Positions 17,261 to 26,908 of a stretch of 64,000 bases of DNA are shown piece by piece (position 1 is the first letter of the stretch; each line of letters opens with the position of its first letter). A model generated the notes under the pieces. The model saw only the letters and a list, made by a program, of their open reading frames with translations, was not told the DNA's origin and did not search any database. Made by a program: the position numbers and the translations under genes. The stretch lies in assembly GCA_003223875.1 (NCBI GenBank), contig QHWY01000105.1:9441-73440 (forward strand), in the 5' to 3' direction. The stretch is from Acidobacteriota bacterium. GTDB lineage: Bacteria; Acidobacteriota; Terriglobia; 20CM-2-55-15.

Positions 17261-19309
17261 TTACCAAACCTTACAGATCTGATCTGCGAGCTTCACCATC
17301 GGCTGTCCCGGTTTGCACGAGAATGCCTTGGCGAACTCCGGCATGTTCACCACCACGCCGTTGATGCGGTATTTTGCCGGCGAATGCGGATCCGTGATGG
17401 CGCGAAGACGGAGGTCCTCCGGACGCTCGTTCGTGCATGCCCACTGGGCAAAGCCGACGAAGAATCGCTGATCGGGAATGAGGCCATCGATGGGATTAAG
17501 CTGCTTCTCTTTCGTCGCATCTTTCCATGCAACATAAGCAAGGATCTCGCCACCCAGATCCGCCACATCTTCACCTAACGTGAGCTTACTGTTAATGTGC
17601 ACGTCGTCAACGACAACATACTTAGCGTACTGATCTTCAACACATTGCGTTCTTGCCTCGAACTTCTCCCGATCGGTTTTCGTCCACCAGTTTTTCAGGT
17701 TGCCTTTCGCGTCGAACTGGCTGCCCTCATCATCGAAACCGTGCGTGAGTTCGTGGCCGATGGTTCCGCCGGTGTCGCCATAGTTGGGCGCGTCGTCGAG
17801 TTTCGCGTCGAACAGCGGTGGCTGAAGCACGCCGGCAGGAAAGTTGATGTCGTTCATTTGAGGGTCATAATAGGCATTCACCGTCGGCGGTGTCATGTGC
17901 CATTCCCCTCGATCGACCGGCTTGCCGACTTTATTGATCTGCCGGCGCCGTTCGAATTCCGAAGCGCGCGCGATGTTTCCTCGAAAATCATCGCGCGTGA
18001 TGCGAATTGAACTGTAATCGCGCCACTTCTCCGGATGACCGATTTTGTTTCGGATGCCGGCCAACTTTTCAAGAGCCTGTTGTTTCGTTTCCGGGCTCAT
18101 CCAGTCGAGATCCCGGATGCGTTTGCTCATTGCATCTTCAATGCGCCGCACCATATCGAGCGTGCGCGCCTCTGCCTCGGGGCCGAATGTTTTTCGGACG
18201 TAGATCTGCCCCAAGGCTTCGCCAAGATTGCCGTCCGTGTATTGCACACACCGTTTCCAGCGAGGCTGCATGTCTTCGACTCCCCGGAGGTACTTGCGGT
18301 AGAAGTCGAAATTCTCCTGTACGAATTTGGACGACAGGTGCGATGACGCCGAATCCACGACGTGATATCGAAGGTATGTCTTCCAGTTTGCGAGCGAGCT
18401 GCGTTCCAATTGCGCATTCATCTCGCGGAAGAAATCCGGAGGCGCCACATTGACGATTTCGAAACTGGGATATCGCAGTTCTTTGTAGTAAAGCGGCCAG
18501 TCAAAGTTCGGCGCCAGCTTCGACAATTCCGCTATCTTTATCTTATGTTTCAACTTGTATGGATCGCGCCGATCGACTCGAGTCATGGAAGCCTTTGCCA
18601 GCAGCGTTTCCAGACTCATGACGACTTCCGCGTTCTTTTTCGCCGTTTCGGCACCGTCTCCCATCAACTCGAAGAGGCGCTGCACATGCTGCAGGTAGCG
18701 CGTACGGATCTCTTTGGATTTATCGTCGTCTTTGGCGTAGTAGTCGCGGTCCGGCAGACCTAGGCCGCCTTGATCGAGCTCCGCAATCTGCTGCTCAGAG
18801 TCATCCGGATCCTGAGTTGAGCCCTGGCGGAAGAGAATCGCGCTTCCATAGGTCAGTTGGAGACGGCCGATAAACCGCGCTAATTGCCGGACTGATCGGA
18901 GCCTGCTGATCGCGTTCAGGTCTGCTTCCAGAGGAATCAGACCGCGTTTTTCGACCGTCAGCTCATCCATGCACGCACTATAGAAGTCACCGATCTCTCG
19001 CGTCACTTCATCGCGGGTCGTCTGGGACGAAGCCGCCGCCTGTTCCAAGATGCTGCGCAGATATTTCAAATTGTCTTCATAGAGTTTTCCATACACGTCC
19101 CACCTCGTTTGATCCGGCGGAATCGGATTGTTCTTTTGCCATCCACCGCAGGCGTACTTATAGAAGTCCACACAAGCATCGACGGACTTATCCATCGCGC
19201 TGAGGTCCAGGCTTGGGGTATATGGGAACGCGGGATCTTGGCTCTCGGCAAAGGAGCAGAGGAGCAGGATGAACAAACAAGCGAATAGGGCGGTTCGTTT
19301 GGTCACCAC
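17261..19309 (-). CDS. M13-family zinc metalloendopeptidase (neprilysin/PepO-like)
   Basis: Signal peptide; C.DFY.YACGGW, VNAYY, GHELTHGFD, GEDVADLGG, DPHSP. Confidence 0.95.
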   Translation of the reverse strand: MVTKRTALFACLFILLLCSFAESQDPAFPYTPSLDLSAMDKSVDACVDFYKYACGGWQKNNPIPPDQTRWDVYGKLYEDNLKYLRSILEQAAASSQTTRDEVTREIGDFYSACMDELTVEKRGLIPLEADLNAISRLRSVRQLARFIGRLQLTYGSAILFRQGSTQDPDDSEQQIAELDQGGLGLPDRDYYAKDDDKSKEIRTRYLQHVQRLFELMGDGAETAKKNAEVVMSLETLLAKASMTRVDRRDPYKLKHKIKIAELSKLAPNFDWPLYYKELRYPSFEIVNVAPPDFFREMNAQLERSSLANWKTYLRYHVVDSASSHLSSKFVQENFDFYRKYLRGVEDMQPRWKRCVQYTDGNLGEALGQIYVRKTFGPEAEARTLDMVRRIEDAMSKRIRDLDWMSPETKQQALEKLAGIRNKIGHPEKWRDYSSIRITRDDFRGNIARASEFERRRQINKVGKPVDRGEWHMTPPTVNAYYDPQMNDINFPAGVLQPPLFDAKLDDAPNYGDTGGTIGHELTHGFDDEGSQFDAKGNLKNWWTKTDREKFEARTQCVEDQYAKYVVVDDVHINSKLTLGEDVADLGGEILAYVAWKDATKEKQLNPIDGLIPDQRFFVGFAQWACTNERPEDLRLRAITDPHSPAKYRINGVVVNMPEFAKAFSCKPGQPMVKLADQICKVW

Positions 19310-19395
19310 GCTATCGTAGCATGCGGATTACAAGGCGGCGCGCCATAGCGTGGTAAGAGAGGAAATTGCAATCAGTGGGCCAGGGGCGAGAGAAA

Positions 19396-19595
19396 AACTC
19401 CCCTCCTAAGTTAGGAGGGGTGGCTTCGCGAACCGCGAAGCGCGAGCCCGCGCGAAGCGCAAGCGCGATAGCGCGCAGCCTCAAGAAACAGGGCGAAGCC
19501 TCAAAAGAAGTGAGCGAAGACGGGGTGGTTCTAATGGGAACCACCCCGCCTCGCCCTTGCGGGCTCGGCACCCCTCCTAACTTCGGAGGGGAGTT
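19396..19595. repeat. REP/REPIN-like palindromic element (CCCCTCC family) with nested 37-nt inserts; supplies the rnhA 3' end
   Basis: Terminal IR aactcccctcctaagttaggaggggtg / cacccctcctaacttcggaggggagtt; internal hairpin ggggtggtt...aaccacccc. Confidence 0.85.
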
Positions 19596-19995
19596 CCCAC
19601 TTCATTGAATTGCGGCGGGTGTCCATTGCGAGGTTGGCCAACTTGTCGGCTTCGGCGTTGGCTTCGCGGCGGACGTGTTCGATCGAGAACTGAGGAATCA
19701 GTTCAATCCAACGCAACGCGCTGTTGTGAAGAACACGGATGCCTTCATTCTTTACCTGATATTCGCCCTTGATCTGCTTGACGACCAACTCGGAGTCCGC
19801 GAAAACCCGAAGCTCTTCACATCGGGTGAAAACGGCGAAGCGGAGTGCGGCAAGAAGAGCCGAATATTCGGCATAGTTGTTTGTCCCGACACCCAGATAT
19901 TCGGCGATCCGTACCACACCGGGAAAGTACACTCCAATGCCCGCCTCGCCCGGATTGCCGCGTGAGCCTCCGTCGATATAGGCGGACAATTTCAT
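19531..19995 (-). CDS. rnhA: Ribonuclease HI
   Basis: YIDGGSRGNPG, TNNYAEY, DSELVVKQ, HVRREAN.EADKLAN. Confidence 0.92.
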   Translation of the reverse strand: MKLSAYIDGGSRGNPGEAGIGVYFPGVVRIAEYLGVGTNNYAEYSALLAALRFAVFTRCEELRVFADSELVVKQIKGEYQVKNEGIRVLHNSALRWIELIPQFSIEHVRREANAEADKLANLAMDTRRNSMKWELPSEVRRGAEPARARRGGSH

Positions 19996-20727
19996 TTATG
20001 CGACTTCGAAAGGATGGTCGAGATTTTCCGGATCATAGAGGATGCGCTGGCACGCATCGCACGCGATGATCTGATCGTTGCGGTGGATTTCTTGATAAAC
20101 CTGAGGCCGGATTCGGACCTGACAAATTTCGCAGACTTCATTTCTAGCCGCGGCGACAGCGATTCCGCCGCGAGCCTTGCGGACGCGCTCGTATCGAGGA
20201 AGCAAGTCGGAGGAAATCGAGGTTTCGATCTCTTTGCGCTCCTTTAAGTACGATTCCAGACCGCTGAGATCGTGCTGGTTTTGTTCGGTGAGTTGCCTTC
20301 GCTCTTGATCGACTTTCTGCTGATCTTCTTTCAACCGCGCCTCGGCGACTTTGATATCTCCCTGAGATGACTCGGCATCCACCATCAGATTCAGGATGTC
20401 GTCCTCGATCTTCCGGATGGCATTCTGCGCGTGTTCAATTTCATGTTGAAGCGCCCGGTATTCGTCATTCGTCTTCACAGCCATCATCTGATCGCGGTAT
20501 TTCGAAATCTTGCTTTCGATCGAGCTGATCTCACTTTCAAGTTTCTTCCGATTTCCTTGGTTGCTCTTCGCCCGCTCCTTGATGGATTCCAGAGCGGCCT
20601 GGGCGGATCTCAGCTTCTCGTCGAGAGCTTTCGAAATTCCGGGGAACTTATCAATTCTAGTGCGGAGTTGTTGAATGGCGAGGTCAATGGTTTGGAGTCT
20701 TATAAGTTGCTTTAGATCCTGATTCAT
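19996..20727 (-). CDS. Coiled-coil protein with C-terminal C4 zinc ribbon (DUF164/CT398-like)
   Basis: LQ.ID N-terminus, long coiled coil, CEIC...CDAC.RIL. Confidence 0.9.
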   Translation of the reverse strand: MNQDLKQLIRLQTIDLAIQQLRTRIDKFPGISKALDEKLRSAQAALESIKERAKSNQGNRKKLESEISSIESKISKYRDQMMAVKTNDEYRALQHEIEHAQNAIRKIEDDILNLMVDAESSQGDIKVAEARLKEDQQKVDQERRQLTEQNQHDLSGLESYLKERKEIETSISSDLLPRYERVRKARGGIAVAAARNEVCEICQVRIRPQVYQEIHRNDQIIACDACQRILYDPENLDHPFEVA

Positions 20728-20738
20728 CGTTCAACGAG

Positions 20739-20812
20739 TGGGCCCAGTAGGACTTGAACCTACGACTCCCCGGTTATGAGCCGGGAGCTCTAACCGACTG
20801 AGCTATGGGCCC
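20739..20812 (-). tRNA. tRNA with CAT anticodon, most likely tRNA-Ile2 (lysidine-modified); CCA not encoded
   Basis: GGGCCCATAGCTCAGTCGGTTAGAGC..cccggctCATaaccggg..GGTTCAAGTCC..TGGGCCCA cloverleaf; GGGCCC acceptor stem and position downstream of rpoD resemble ileX. Confidence 0.92.
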
Positions 20813-20823
20813 AAAAATAACAA

Positions 20824-20887
20824 ATGACAGTTGATCATTGAACAATGACATTAAATGCTTTGTCATTGTTCAATGATCAACTGTCAT
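20824..20887. repeat. Perfect 27-bp inverted repeat of heptamer-like units between rpoD and the tRNA
   Basis: atgacagttgatcattgaacaatgaca-N10-tgtcattgttcaatgatcaactgtcat; related to 27676-27761. Confidence 0.85.
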
Positions 20888-20893
20888 CTTACC

Positions 20894-22726
20894 TCAGTCT
20901 CGCCCGGTCCCATCTAGGAATGCGCGGAGCCGGCGGCTGCGGCTGGGGTGCCGCAATTTCCGTAGAGCCTTGGCTTCGATTTGACGGATGCGTTCGCGGG
21001 TGACGGCAAAGTTTTGACCCACTTCTTCCAAAGTGTGCTCGGTTCCATCTTCCAGACCGAAACGCATCTTGATGACGCGCTCTTCGCGCGGCGTGAGCGT
21101 GTTCAACACCTGCTCGGTCATCTCTTTTAAGTTGATGTTGATTACGGCATCGGCCGGTGACACCACGCCACGGTCTTCGATGAAATCGCCCAGATGCGAA
21201 TCTTCCTCTTCGCCAATCGGCGTCTCCAACGAGATCGGTTCCTGTGCGATCTTTAGAACCTTCCGGACCTTAGATACCGGAATGTCCATACGCTTTGCGA
21301 TTTCTTCGCTCGTAGGTTCACGCCCGAGTTCCTGCACAAGAGCACGAGAGGTCCGGATCAATTTGTTGATCGTCTCGATCATGTGCACCGGAATTCGGAT
21401 GGTGCGTGCCTGATCGGCGATCGCGCGGGTGATGGCCTGCCGGATCCACCATGTGGCGTAAGTTGAAAACTTGTAACCGCGGCGGTATTCGAATTTATCC
21501 ACAGCCTTCATCAATCCGATGTTGCCTTCCTGGATCAGATCGAGGAATTGCAGTCCGCGATTCGTGTATTTCTTGGCGATCGACACGACCAGACGGAGAT
21601 TGGCTTCGACCAACTCGCGCTTCGCGACTTCGGCCTGTACCTGGCCTTGCATGATCGTTTGCAATGTGCGCTTCAGTTCGAGAGCCGTGGATTTTGTGTC
21701 ATCTTCGACGGCAGCAATCTTCGCTTTGACATGCCGGATGTCCTTCTGGATTGCCTTGCGATACTCCTTCTTCGTGTGATCCGCTTTGCGTTCGAGCCGG
21801 CTGAGCTCCTGCTCCAGGGGCCGCATCTTCTCGACGGTGCCTTTCATCAAACCGACGAGCCGCAATTTTTCGGAAATGGAAAATTCCAGGGAGCGGACAA
21901 GCTGCGAAAGATTGACTCGGGTTCGGGCTAGATTCCAGTAAGCCCGGCGGTAAGGCCCTTTCTTTGCCTTCGGGACCGTGTCGAGTTTTGCGCGGAGTTG
22001 GTTGACCTTTTTATACGTTTTGTTGATCTGCTCGATGATCTCGAGGGTTTCCTGATGTTTCTCTTCGATCTTTTCGTCAGTCAGTTCCTCGTCGCTGAAC
22101 TGCAGGATGTCCTTGATGATGCTCGGATCCCTCTTCAGTTGGTCTCCAAGCGCGATGATCTCACGTACGATGACCGCGGAACGGGAGAGCGATTTCAAAA
22201 CGGTCATCTGGCCCCGCTCGATGCGTTTTGCGATCTCGACTTCGCCGTCGCGTGTAAGCAACGGCACGGTTCCCATCTCGCGCAAGTACATGCGCACAGG
22301 GTCGTTGGTTTTTTCGAGAGCTCCCGGCGTCAGGTCCAGTTCGATATCTTCGGGCTGTTCCTCGAATTTCTTTTCGCCGGCTACTTTGTCGAGCCCGGCA
22401 AAGCTTTGGTCGTCGGTATCGATGACTTCGATGCCGGCGGTTCCAAATGCGGAAAACAGATCGTCGAGATCCTCGGCCGAAGAGCTGATTTCCGGAGGGA
22501 GCAGGTCGCTGACTTCATCGTAAAGGAGATATCCTTTCTCCTTTCCGATATCGATGAGTTTCTGGACTTCGTCGTACTTTTCCTCGAGCCCGCCCAGCGA
22601 CTCTTCCACAGCAACCGCGGCGGAGCGCTTTTGGTTCGCCTCCGCGCCTGCAGGGTGTTGTTGCTTCTTATGATTGCCTTTATTCATGCCTTTATTCACT
22701 AATAAGCGGCTCCTTCGTCTTTTCAA
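20894..22726 (-). CDS. rpoD: Primary sigma factor RpoD (true start may be 22699 or 22687)
   Basis: [51 protein letters not shown]. Confidence 0.97.
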   Translation of the reverse strand: MKRRRSRLLVNKGMNKGNHKKQQHPAGAEANQKRSAAVAVEESLGGLEEKYDEVQKLIDIGKEKGYLLYDEVSDLLPPEISSSAEDLDDLFSAFGTAGIEVIDTDDQSFAGLDKVAGEKKFEEQPEDIELDLTPGALEKTNDPVRMYLREMGTVPLLTRDGEVEIAKRIERGQMTVLKSLSRSAVIVREIIALGDQLKRDPSIIKDILQFSDEELTDEKIEEKHQETLEIIEQINKTYKKVNQLRAKLDTVPKAKKGPYRRAYWNLARTRVNLSQLVRSLEFSISEKLRLVGLMKGTVEKMRPLEQELSRLERKADHTKKEYRKAIQKDIRHVKAKIAAVEDDTKSTALELKRTLQTIMQGQVQAEVAKRELVEANLRLVVSIAKKYTNRGLQFLDLIQEGNIGLMKAVDKFEYRRGYKFSTYATWWIRQAITRAIADQARTIRIPVHMIETINKLIRTSRALVQELGREPTSEEIAKRMDIPVSKVRKVLKIAQEPISLETPIGEEEDSHLGDFIEDRGVVSPADAVININLKEMTEQVLNTLTPREERVIKMRFGLEDGTEHTLEEVGQNFAVTRERIRQIEAKALRKLRHPSRSRRLRAFLDGTGRD

Positions 22727-22729
22727 GCT

Positions 22730-24460
22730 TTAAACGCCTCCCACACGGCTTTTTTCAGCGATTATTTTCATATGCCTTTCCATCGTTTCGACCAACTCGG
22801 GAGGGGCGCCATCGGATCCGTTGTACTGTTTGAGCCGTTCACGGATCTCCCCTATCTTTTTGACGTGATAGGCATCATTGAGTCGCTTGACAGAAGCCAG
22901 TGCCTCATCGGCGGAAACACGTCCAAATGGCTCTAGAAGTGCTGCGCGGACTTGCTTCCGAAGCTCTTCATCGGAAATGTCTTCGAGGGCATTTTCGACG
23001 TTTCCGCCTGGGTTATTGGTAATGTTTCGGAGCACCGGTGCAGACCAAACTTCCGACAGAAAGTCGCCTTGTAGAGAGGCCTGCAAGTGCTTTGCAATCT
23101 CGGGTTCCTGGATTAAGGCATGTATTAACTGCTTTTCCGCGAGTGTCAGTTTGCGCTCAGGCTCGATCATGCCCTTGCTCGGGACGGCCGGACGGATATC
23201 CGGCGGACGCGGTGTCAAACGAAGCCGCTCCAGAATCGCGCTTTCCGGAACCTTGAACCCTTCAGCCACAGCCCGTGCGACCTCAAGTTGTTCGATACGG
23301 TCTTGGATTTTCGCGACATGCTGAACGACGTCCTGTACAGCAGTCGCCTTCATCGCCGGTTCATTCAGATCGTAGTGGCGAGCGGCCTCGGCCATTAGGT
23401 ATTGCCAGAAATAAGGGGCATTTGCCAGTAACCGCTTGTAAACTTCAGCGCCTTCTTTCCGAACGAAGTCATCCGGATCCAACCCCCCGCTCAGCTTGAG
23501 GATTCGAATCCGTAAACCCTTCCCAAGCAACAGGTCGATTGAACGGCGCATTGCGTTTTGACCGGCAGCATCCGGATCGTAGTTCATCACGACCTCGGGT
23601 ACATACCGGGACATGATCGCCACCTGCTGCTGGGTCAAACTCGTGCCGCACGACGCCACGACGTTTTCGATTCCTGCCTGGTGCAAGCTCAAGCAGTCAA
23701 AATAACCCTCGACGACAACGAGCCGGCCCGCTTTCTGAGCCACATCCCGCGCGAAGTGCAGCGCGTAAAGTACATGCGACTTGGAGTACAGCGGCGACTC
23801 GGGCGAGTTGAGATACTTTGGCTGAGCGTCAACAAGTGCGCGGCCTCCGAACCCGATCGTCTTACCTCGCTCGTTCCAGATTGGAAACATCAGGCGGCGG
23901 CGAAATCTGTCGTAAACTTCGCCCCCGTCATTCTTTACAAACAGGCCGCTACCCACCGGATCGCTGAGCCGCAAATAGTTGGACAAGCCGGCTGCCGGGG
24001 CATAGCCGAGGCGAAATCGCTCGAGGTATTGGGGTTGGATCTGCCGCTTCTCCAAAACCTGCCTTGCCGGAGCTGCCTCGTCCGCCGAGAGCTTCTGATG
24101 AAAATACGATGCAGCACGTTCGTAAATTTCAAAAAGGTGCTGGCGCTCGTCGAATTTTTTATCGTCCAAACCCGACGCCGCCGGGATCGGAACGCCACAT
24201 TTCTCGGCGACGGTCCGCACGGCTTCAGGGAAAGAGACTTTCTCAGCCAGCATTACGAATGAGAAAACGTCCCCTCCTGCGCCGCAACCAAAACAGTGAA
24301 AAATTTGCTTCTCTCGGTGGACTGAAAACGAAGGTGTCTTTTCGGAATGGAACGGACACAGCCCCTTGAATGCACTTCCTGCGCCCTTCAGACTCACATA
24401 ATCCGAAACCACTCGGACGATATCGGCAGAATTACGAACGGTTTCGGTAAATTGGTTCAT
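22730..24460 (-). CDS. dnaG: DNA primase
   Basis: CPFH.EKTPSF, HCFGC, KYLNSPE, VEGYFD, YDPDAAG Toprim motifs. Confidence 0.97.
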   Translation of the reverse strand: MNQFTETVRNSADIVRVVSDYVSLKGAGSAFKGLCPFHSEKTPSFSVHREKQIFHCFGCGAGGDVFSFVMLAEKVSFPEAVRTVAEKCGVPIPAASGLDDKKFDERQHLFEIYERAASYFHQKLSADEAAPARQVLEKRQIQPQYLERFRLGYAPAAGLSNYLRLSDPVGSGLFVKNDGGEVYDRFRRRLMFPIWNERGKTIGFGGRALVDAQPKYLNSPESPLYSKSHVLYALHFARDVAQKAGRLVVVEGYFDCLSLHQAGIENVVASCGTSLTQQQVAIMSRYVPEVVMNYDPDAAGQNAMRRSIDLLLGKGLRIRILKLSGGLDPDDFVRKEGAEVYKRLLANAPYFWQYLMAEAARHYDLNEPAMKATAVQDVVQHVAKIQDRIEQLEVARAVAEGFKVPESAILERLRLTPRPPDIRPAVPSKGMIEPERKLTLAEKQLIHALIQEPEIAKHLQASLQGDFLSEVWSAPVLRNITNNPGGNVENALEDISDEELRKQVRAALLEPFGRVSADEALASVKRLNDAYHVKKIGEIRERLKQYNGSDGAPPELVETMERHMKIIAEKSRVGGV

Positions 24461-24499
24461 TAGGCTGCCGTGGGGTCCAAAAAAAACTAAATCAAATAA

Positions 24500-24534
24500 C
24501 TTATACGTTTGGACATGAAAATTTCAAGTCCAAA
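24500..24534 (-). promoter_or_regulatory. Putative dnaG-rpoD promoter overlapped by a 27-bp palindrome
   Basis: Minus strand TTGAAA-N16-TATAAG; tttggacatgaaaatttcaagtccaaa (24508-24534) is a near-perfect dyad. Confidence 0.45.
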
Positions 24535-26898
24535 TTAGTCCCTTAACGTGACAATGGTTACGCCACGGCCGCCTTCCGATTGGGGTGCGGACTCAAAACG
24601 GCTGACGTGGGGGTGCTTCCGGAGCTGCTCCGAAATCGCCTGGCGCAAAGCGCCCGTACCCATCCCATGCACAATGCGGACTGGATTGACTTGGGCAAGG
24701 AACGCATCGTCGAGGAACTTGTCGGTCATATCAAGGGCTTCATCCACATTTCGTCCGATGACGTTGATCTCGGTTTTTTCGAGGTGCTTCGGTGAGATGC
24801 TCAAGTGAACGCGGTCCGGCAGCTTGGGCCCAACATCCTCGATTACCTCTAAATCATTCAGAGGCCTACGCAGTCTGATGTTTCCCATGAGCACTTCGGC
24901 TTCTCCATCCTTTATTGACGCTATTGTGCCGGTAACCGCCAACGACAGCACTCGCACTCTCTGCCCCTCTCCCCCTGGGAGAGGGCGCCGCGCCTGCGGC
25001 GCGGCGGGTGAGGGTCCCAATTTCGACGTCGGCTCGATTCTCTCCTTTTCTTTACTCAGCTCCCTGGCCGCCTCCGCCTTGGCATCCGCCAACTTCTTCT
25101 GATACTTCTTAACCGATTCCTCGCCCGCCGATTCCAGCTCCCGCAAAGCCTTCCCCGACATTTCCTGAACGATGCGTTCGAGTTTCTTCTCGACCCTCGC
25201 GATTTCCTGTCTCTGCTGCCCTGTGAGCTGCTCGAATTCTCTTCGCTTCCACTCTTCGAACTCTTGACGTTCTTTTTCCAGCCGCGACTTTTCGTGCTCG
25301 AGGTTGGCCACGCGACGCCTCAACTCTTCGACATAATGGGCAGCTTCAAGGTCTGCCGTATCAAGGTAACCGACCGCGGACTCGAGCACCGGCCGGGGCA
25401 ACTGAAGTCGCTCCGCAATTTTCAAGCCGCTCGACGCACCCGCCAAACCGTGAATCAACCGATAGGTCGGTTCGAGTGTGATTTCATTGAATTCCATCGC
25501 CGCGTTCGCAACGCCCGGTGTCGTTTCTGCATAGACCTTCAACCGGTTGTAATGGGTTGTAGCAATCGCCAAGGCGCCGATTTCTCGGAATTTGTCCAGA
25601 ACGGCACGGGCAAGGGCGGCGCCTTCGCCGGGCTCGGTGCTGCTTCCGATTTCATCGAGTAAAACGAGCGACCGGACCGTCGCCGACTCGATCATCGACT
25701 TGATAGCCAGAACATGGGCCGAAAATGTGCTGAGGTGATCGGTAATCGACTGCTGATCGCCAATGTCGGCGAGGACTCGATCAAACACCGGCAACGTCGC
25801 TTCCTCAGCCGGAACAGGAATCCCGGACTGAGCCATAAGAGCAAAGAGGCCCACAGTCTTGAGAACCACTGTTTTGCCTCCGGCATTTGGACCGCTGATC
25901 ACCAGAACTCGTCGATTGGAATCCATATCCAGGGAAACAGGTGCAACCGATCCGTTTTCACGCCGGAGGTTATCTTCCAAAAGCGGATGACGTGCCTTGA
26001 TCAGGCTGAGCAGTAAGCCCCGGGAAAAGCTGGGGCCCACACAATTGAAATCGCGCGCAAAGCGGGCTTTCGCGAAAACCAACTCGATATAAGCCGACAG
26101 CGAGCGCGCGAACTCCAGAGACGCCGTACTGGCCTGAATCAAATCCGTCAGCTCGGCGAGTATTCGAGCGATTTCGGCCCTCTCTTCATCCTGTAGCCGG
26201 ACCAACTCATTGTTCATCTCGAGAACCGCAAGCGGTTCCATAAACACAGTCGCTCCACTGGAGGAACTGCCATGGATGATGCCTTCAACGCTGCGCTTCT
26301 GCTCGGTTCGGATGGGGATCACGAATCGTCCATTGCGAATCGTGACGATTTGTTCCTGCAGTTGCGGTGAGTACGCGGGACTTCGGACGATCGATTCCAG
26401 CTTCTCGGTCAAACGCGAGCGTGTCGTCGAAAGGGCCTTCCGGATTCGCGCCAGTTCAGGACTGTATTTGTCGTCCACTTCACCGTTTTGAATCGCGCGG
26501 CCAAGATGCTTCCCGAGTTCGCGAAGATCCGGAAATCGATGGGCAGTTTGCGCCAGCTTCGGAAATTTTTCGCGATCCTCTTTCCACTGAATACGCAATC
26601 CTTCTACTTGCGTCAGGAACAACTGGATTGCTTCAATCTCGGGGATTTCCAGCATTACGCCGGAAACGGTGAGCTTGTCGAGTACCTGGCCAAGCATGGG
26701 AACATCGTGGAAAGGCAAACGATGTTCTCTCAAATAGGACATCGCTTCGGCTGTGATCGCGTGCTCCGACTCGAGCTTCTGCTCATCGGCTGTCGGGGCA
26801 AGATCGTCCAGCGCAAACTTCCCAGCCTCGGTCGAAACATAGCGGCCAAGCAGATCCTTCAACCGGTAATATTCAAGGGCGTCGAGCGAGAAATCCAT
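24535..26898 (-). CDS. mutS2: Endonuclease MutS2 (ATPase + Smr domain)
   Basis: SSSGATVFMEP, GPNAGGKT, STFSAH, LLDEIG, C-terminal IVHGMGTG Smr domain. Confidence 0.95.
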   Translation of the reverse strand: MDFSLDALEYYRLKDLLGRYVSTEAGKFALDDLAPTADEQKLESEHAITAEAMSYLREHRLPFHDVPMLGQVLDKLTVSGVMLEIPEIEAIQLFLTQVEGLRIQWKEDREKFPKLAQTAHRFPDLRELGKHLGRAIQNGEVDDKYSPELARIRKALSTTRSRLTEKLESIVRSPAYSPQLQEQIVTIRNGRFVIPIRTEQKRSVEGIIHGSSSSGATVFMEPLAVLEMNNELVRLQDEERAEIARILAELTDLIQASTASLEFARSLSAYIELVFAKARFARDFNCVGPSFSRGLLLSLIKARHPLLEDNLRRENGSVAPVSLDMDSNRRVLVISGPNAGGKTVVLKTVGLFALMAQSGIPVPAEEATLPVFDRVLADIGDQQSITDHLSTFSAHVLAIKSMIESATVRSLVLLDEIGSSTEPGEGAALARAVLDKFREIGALAIATTHYNRLKVYAETTPGVANAAMEFNEITLEPTYRLIHGLAGASSGLKIAERLQLPRPVLESAVGYLDTADLEAAHYVEELRRRVANLEHEKSRLEKERQEFEEWKRREFEQLTGQQRQEIARVEKKLERIVQEMSGKALRELESAGEESVKKYQKKLADAKAEAARELSKEKERIEPTSKLGPSPAAPQARRPLPGGEGQRVRVLSLAVTGTIASIKDGEAEVLMGNIRLRRPLNDLEVIEDVGPKLPDRVHLSISPKHLEKTEINVIGRNVDEALDMTDKFLDDAFLAQVNPVRIVHGMGTGALRQAISEQLRKHPHVSRFESAPQSEGGRGVTIVTLRD
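24964..25016 (-). repeat. CCCTCACCC..CCCTCTCCC..GGGAGAGGG palindromic repeat inserted in frame in mutS2
   Basis: Minus strand ccctcacccgccgcgccgcaggcgcggcgccctctcccagggggagaggg, translated as PSPAAPQARRPLPGGEG. Confidence 0.7.
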
Positions 26899-26908
26899 AA
26901 AGCGGATG

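Noticed and set aside
19311-19608. ORFs of 80-86 aa, or rnpB after the Zn-ribbon/rnhA genes
   Set aside because: The sequence is explained by the repeat element; no RNase P RNA GAGGAAAGTCC motif
20739-20812. tRNA as integration site of a prophage or island
   Set aside because: No integrase, no duplicated tRNA 3' end seen, and flanking genes are in housekeeping synteny
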